Part shown: piece by piece, positions 58,680-64,000 of the stretch
Layout of the letters: each line of letters opens with the position of its first letter
How positions within the stretch are numbered: the stretch's first letter is position 1
Assembly: GCF_009914755.1 (NCBI RefSeq)
Contig: NC_060927.1
Strand: one strand, 5' to 3'
DNA length: 64,000 nucleotides
Source: the human T2T-CHM13v2.0 reference genome, Homo sapiens
The notes under the pieces: generated by a model
The model's input: the letters and a program-made list of their open reading frames with translations, nothing else
Database searches by the model: none
Told to the model about the DNA's origin: nothing
Position numbers and translations under genes: made by a program

Positions 58680-59234
58680 AAAGAAAACCCAAAGCTAAAT
58701 TTCATGTAAGTACAACTAAATCTGTGTGCTAATAATGTCATACTGATACTTAATTTAGTAGCCTATTCAACATCAGTAAAATGGAAACTTTAAATTCACC
58801 TAAGCCTTGTATTGCTTATGGGGAACAGTTTTTCAATTCTGTGATCCCAAAGTGCTCTGACCAGACATACTGATACAAATAATTACTGTTTTGGCCTATT
58901 CATAATTAAAACAAGTGAAATAGTGAACTCACATAGGCACCTCATTACTTATGGGTCAACCTTTCCCAAGACTGAGTTCACGGAGAGCTTTGACCAAACT
59001 GCTCAAATGGTATATAATTATACAGTATTATAAATTTATCTGCTGACATATTTTCCCTACCAGATTATAGGTGCCATAAAGCCAAGGATCATGTTTTGTT
59101 TAAAATTATGTCCTCAGCATCTAGTACAGCAACCATTAAGAAACAGAGCTAGAACAAATGTTTCTCTCAGCATGTTTCACCATGAGATGCTTGTAAGAGT
59201 AGAAAATTTCTTAACAATCTGGGGTGATTTCAAT

Positions 59235-59425
59235 AACTGATACTGATTATTGCATTTACTATGTACCTAGCATTGTGCTAAGTGCCCCCCAAACAACATC
59301 TAATTCTTTCTATTCTGTATGTTAAAAATTCTGTACTTGTTGCACAAATGAGGAACCCAAGAATCAGAAAAGTTAAGCTACTTTACTAAGGGCACTCAGC
59401 AAGTTATTAGCAGAACCAGAATTTT
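59235..59425. mobile_element. MIR
   Basis: gcatttactatgt.cc.agcattgtgctaagtgc ... caaatgaggaa.cc.aga.tcaga.aagttaag. Confidence 0.6.
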
Positions 59426-60291
59426 AAAAGAGCTTTTTATTTTAAAGTACCTTAAAAACAGTAATCATCATCATTGTAATAACTTGTAACAGTGGCTAAT
59501 TCAACACAATTTCAAATCCCTCTTAAGAATTCTCAAAATTCTTATGGGAAAACTTAGCCGTTAGAATTAATACTCATGTATAATATTTTCAAATTATTAA
59601 GCACTGCCCATGCGTATCACAGATATTATGTATGTGACATTCATACATTTAATATTGAAGTGTTGGATCTACATTTAGTGACATAAAAAGATGTTCATGA
59701 TACACTAAGTGCAAAAAAGAATCAAGTTTAAAGGGTTGCCCATTTAATTATGGATGTATACTAATATATAGAAAAGTTATCTGATACACTGTATATCAGA
59801 ATGTAACTATGGTCTCTTGATAATGGGGTTAATGATTTTTCTTTGCTTTTATCTCTGTTTTTCTATTTTTTCCTACTATAAACATACAAAGACAAAATAT
59901 TAAGTAAATTATGAAAGGATCTATAATATTACTTTAAAATTTATTATTTAAAAATAATTTAAAAGTTTTAAGGTAGAGCATGTTTAATCAAATTGTCTAC
60001 TTTAAGAAAAGTTTGAAAGTTTATTGAAAAGTAGATGAGGAAGAAATGAGGACAGCCAAATAATGAAAACTTATATCTCATTAGCAAGTCTACTGTTCAA
60101 ATCACTGTAATAGTAGTCATAACTGTCCTAATCCAAAATATGGCCAGCTAAACCTGACCATTCTGCTGAAATGGAATGTATGAGACCCTTCAAGGCTTCG
60201 ATGGCTCTGTCTATATTCAGTTTTCCCACCCCCTTTAACCCACTTATTAACTCATTCAAAAAATGTTTAGGCTCTAGGGTATGTGCATGGG

Positions 60292-60300
60292 CACACACAC

Positions 60301-60337
<37 letters not shown>

Positions 60338-60342
60338 CACAC
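60292..60342. repeat. (CA)n CG (TG)n (TA)n microsatellite
   Basis: gcacacacacgtgtgtgtgtgtgtgtgtatatat... Confidence 0.9.
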
Positions 60343-60675
60343 AAGTAAATATATATGTACTTATATACACATATATAATCTCATACTTGCATACATATAA
60401 TCTATTCAAATCTCTAATACCTAATCAGATATCTAACAATAGTAGGCACTCCTGAATAAAATATCACTGGAACAAAATAAAAATGAAAAAAACGTGGTAC
60501 CTGTCTTCAAGAAATTACAGGTTGGTAAGGCTTCTCTAGTGTTATTTGCTCATAGTGTCATATCCTCAAGGATATAACATATCTAAAGCTTTCTGATACT
60601 TCCTTATTCATTTTCCAAATGTCAACCCCACCCTATACCAGAAACTGACATATATCCTTGGTATTAAATAAAAGT

Positions 60676-60821
60676 TGTTTTGTTTTTTTTTTTTTGTATT
60701 TTTAGTAGAGAGGGGGTTTCACCATGTTAGCCAGGATGGTCTTGATCTCCTGACCTCGTGATCCGCCCGCCTCAGCCTCCCAAAGTGCTGGGATTACAGG
60801 TGTGAGCCACTGCGCCCAGCC
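60676..60821 (-). mobile_element. Left-monomer-only Alu (AluSc/Y-type) with TSD
   Basis: T-tract joined directly to the gtatttttagtagag linker and Alu nt ~1-135; TSD aaataaaagt at 60666-60675 and 60822-60831. Confidence 0.88.
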
Positions 60822-60852
60822 AAATAAAAGTAATTTTTAAAAAGAAGTCTGC

Positions 60853-61202
60853 AATATCAAAGATGCCATATTTAAATAAAAACTACCACAGAAAGGACAG
60901 TAAGATAAACCATTTAATTTTTTCACCTTAGATTTTTTTCTTAAAAAGAAATAGTGAAATACATCTTAAATTACTTCACTGCCTGTTGCACAGAGAATCC
61001 CAGTGATCGATCTATTTTATTATTGTTTGCTTCAATACCTATTTTCCTTCTTTCTTCTTACTTCCAGCAACATTCTCACAACCACGCTCACAAACAATAA
61101 ATACTAAAAGTAGTGGCACTGAAGCATGACGTACTCATTCTCTGCTAAGACTGGTTACCACCAACGCACAAAAGTCCAGCTCTGCACCCTCAAGAACAAC
61201 AT
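60853..61202 (+). repeat. Left arm of long inverted duplication
   Basis: Aligns by eye (about 90% identity, a few indels) to the reverse complement of 63640-64000. Confidence 0.95.
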
Positions 61203-62499
61203 TATTTCCATTTAAAAACTCCCAGAGAAGACAGAGGCAGCCATGTAATTATGTATCTGCAGCCACTCTATCTGCTTTGCTTCCTGCTCACGGCCAGTAT
61301 GCAGTACTATGAAAAGCATTAGTCATGCGGCCTCAAAAATCAACTTCAAAATCAAAGCTTGAGCTTTGGTCCTGTGTTTGCTTGTTTTGCTTTCTTTGTT
61401 TTTATTTCTAATCCTTGGAAAACACAAGGTTTCAAATTCCCTCCCTTTAACTTGCTACTAGAATCAACACCTAAACAATAATTGTACCCCATCAAGAACT
61501 GGGCAGCTCAACAACTGCTGAGAAAAGTATATTTGACATTTTTCTCCACAAGACTCCATTCTCAGTTCCTGTACTGGTTCAGTGAACATGGCTATAATTG
61601 AGAAAAGCCCAAATGCAACAAAAGATTCATTCCACAGGAAATATATATGTTTATCTTTAAAATATTTTATATAACTCACTTTAAGTGGAACTAGGTTTGT
61701 CTCCAAATTCACATTAAAGGTCGTATTTACAAGCATTTTCTTATTAACATTCTAAATTTAAAAGATGGAAATGCTTCCCAATATGATAATAAGTGCATTA
61801 AGATACTGTTCACTAATTATTTCCCACAGTTCTATAGTACCAACATGTGTATTAAAATTATGATCTCTAATCAAATTCACCCCTGCTCCAAATCTTTCTA
61901 GTCAATAAAAAGAATCACAGATTTTTCAGGAAGGAAAAACCTTTTCTGAAGAAAAATAAATAAATAAAAGCTCTAACTCACTACAAAGTATTCCAAAATT
62001 TCTATTTCCCGTTTCCACAGCTCCTTTACATCATTCCAAACCCCTTTAATAGTCACAACATCTTAGCTTAACAAACAGTGATTTAATGATTTCATCCTTA
62101 TACATGAAAATGTGATGTCTTTCATTGAAAGAAAAGAAATTTCATTCACCAAAAGCAAAAATTAGTTTTACTAAAAATAAAAAAATGCAAATCTAAAATT
62201 TGAAAAAAATAAAAAATGTCTTCATATCTAAGCCCTCTAAAATAAAATGCTAATCACATAAAGTCTATAAAGCCAACAACTGCATTTAAACTTACATATT
62301 ACTCTCAAAACGTGTGTTTCTGTGTTGTCCATCTGCATCTCACTCAACTGAGCTATTTGTCGAAATCAAGATTTCTGAGATGCTTGCCAAAATGCCTGTT
62401 ACTGGACTCAATTTTTGGACACAAGGCCTACAAATAGACATATAAACAAAAAACCTTTTCATATAATTAGTATGTACACTAAACTCTTTTAAATGTCTG

Positions 62500-63263
62500 C
62501 TGGTAGACGTGTTGCTTCTGTACTCTACTAAAGGCTTTATACACACTGTCACAGGCTACGCTAAATTTATATTTAAACATTTTTTATTCTTCAATAATAA
62601 ATTAACCTTAGCTTACAGTAACTTTTCTATTTTATAAACTTTTTAATTTTTTCTTAACTTTTGGACTCTTTTGTAATAATATGTAGCTTACAACACAAGC
62701 AAGTTGTAAAGCTGTACAAATATATTTTCTTTCTTTAAATTTTTATTTTCTTTCCTTATATCTTTTGGCCTACCCCGGGTCAGGATTATCAATATCACTG
62801 TCTTCCACCTCCATATCTTGTCCCACTGGAAGGTCTTCAGGAGCAGTAACACACATGGAACTGTCATCTCCTATGATAACAATGCCTTCTTCTGGAATCC
62901 CTCCTGAAGAGCCTGCCTGAGGATGCTTTATAGTTAATTAATTTTTTAATATACATAGTAGTAGTACACTGTAAAATAACAATTTAAAGTATAGTATAAT
63001 AAATACATAACTGGTAACATGTATTATCATTATTAAGCAGTATATACTGTATATAATTGTATATGCTCTACTTTTATATGACTGGGAGCACAGCAGGTTT
63101 GTTTTCATCAGCATCTCTAGAAACACATTAGTGCATTGCACTATGGCATTATTGGTGATGTCACTATGTGATAAACATTTTTTCAGCTTCATTATAATCT
63201 TATGGAACCACCACTGAAGATGTGGTCCATCATTGACTAACAAATCTTCAGTGGTTATAACTG
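62500..63263 (-). mobile_element. Tigger3b-like DNA transposon fragment
   Basis: aataataaattaaccttagctta; atcactgtcttccacctcca.atcttgtcccactggaaggtcttcagg; attataatcttatgg.accacc. Confidence 0.85.
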
Positions 63264-63639
63264 CATATAGAAGATTCTAAGCAACACTGGGGCATGACAT
63301 GAGCTGTGTTTCAAGCTTGTACCAACAGAGGGATTCTTCCAAATGTTCCAAGCAGTCATTCCCCAGAGTTGATGATGCTCTCTTGGCTTTGGGCACCCAA
63401 CAAAGTGATGCCCAAAAATGCTCAACATATTTCTTCTTAATAAAGGTTACTTAAACTGATAATCAATAGGCCTTTTTTTTTTTAGCTTTTTAGAGGAATA
63501 TGAACCACATTAATAACTCAGTTTTACATGGTGTCCCAAGTTTGATAAAATTCAATTATATGTATTTTTCATAAGATCATATTTCTCCTTTCAGGATTAG
63601 AATCTCTAACAATACATCCCCCTTCAATCCCCCTTCAGG

Positions 63640-64000
63640 ATGTTGCTCTTGAGGGTGTGGGAGCTGGGCTTTTGTGCTTTGGTGGTAACCAGGCTTAGAG
63701 GAGAATGAAGATGAGTACGTCATGCTTCAGTGCCACTGCTTTTAGTATTTATTGTTTGTGAGCGTGGTTTTGAGAATGTTGCTGGAAGTAAGAGGGAGAC
63801 AGGAAATGGTTATTGAAACAAACAGTAATAAAACAGATCTATCACTGGGACTCTCAGTGTAACAGGCAGTGAAGTAATTTAAGATGTATTTCACTGTTTT
63901 TATTTTTTTTAAGAAAAAAATTTAAGGTGAAAAAATTAAATGGTGTATCTTATTGTACTTTATTTGGTAGTTTTTATTTAAATATGGCATCTTTGATATT
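63640..64000 (-). repeat. Right arm of long inverted duplication (runs off the window end)
   Basis: Reverse complement begins aatatcaaagatgccatatttaaataaaaactacca, identical to 60853 onward. Confidence 0.95.

Noticed and set aside
60853-64000. Inverted arms as terminal inverted repeats of an autonomous transposon
   Set aside because: No transposase ORF in the spacer; the Tigger3b relic inside is a separate short-TIR element; the outer ends and any TSD are not visible

Overview
Human genomic DNA (identified by an L1HS-Ta copy, Alu content and exon translations matching human GBE1 as recalled), AT-rich and repeat-dense. The whole window lies inside the glycogen branching enzyme gene GBE1, transcribed on the minus strand. 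It holds two coding exons: exon 2 (43030-42861, 170 nt) and exon 3 (8378-8263, 116 nt). They are separated by a 34.5 kb intron 2 and flanked by parts of intron 1 (right) and intron 3 (left). Neither exon appears in the supplied ORF track; the listed ORFs are repeat-derived or chance. The rest is interspersed repeats: about 13 Alus, several L1s (one human-specific L1HS-Ta, two 5'-inverted L1PAs), solo LTRs (LTR1-, MER61-, MER21-, MLT1/MLT2-like), Tigger/Charlie DNA transposon relics and microsatellites. The most unusual structure is a long inverted duplication, not recognised as any known repeat: arms 60853-61202 and 63640-64000+, roughly 90% identical by eye, with a 2.4 kb spacer. It has template-switch-like scars at one junction and a near-identical motif-bearing core. 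Other leads are candidate cryptic/poison exons, a short 3' transduction tag on the L1HS-Ta, and a left-monomer-only Alu with a TSD. I see no evidence for a new protein-coding system. Repeat subfamily names come from recalled consensus sequences and need RepeatMasker/Dfam confirmation.
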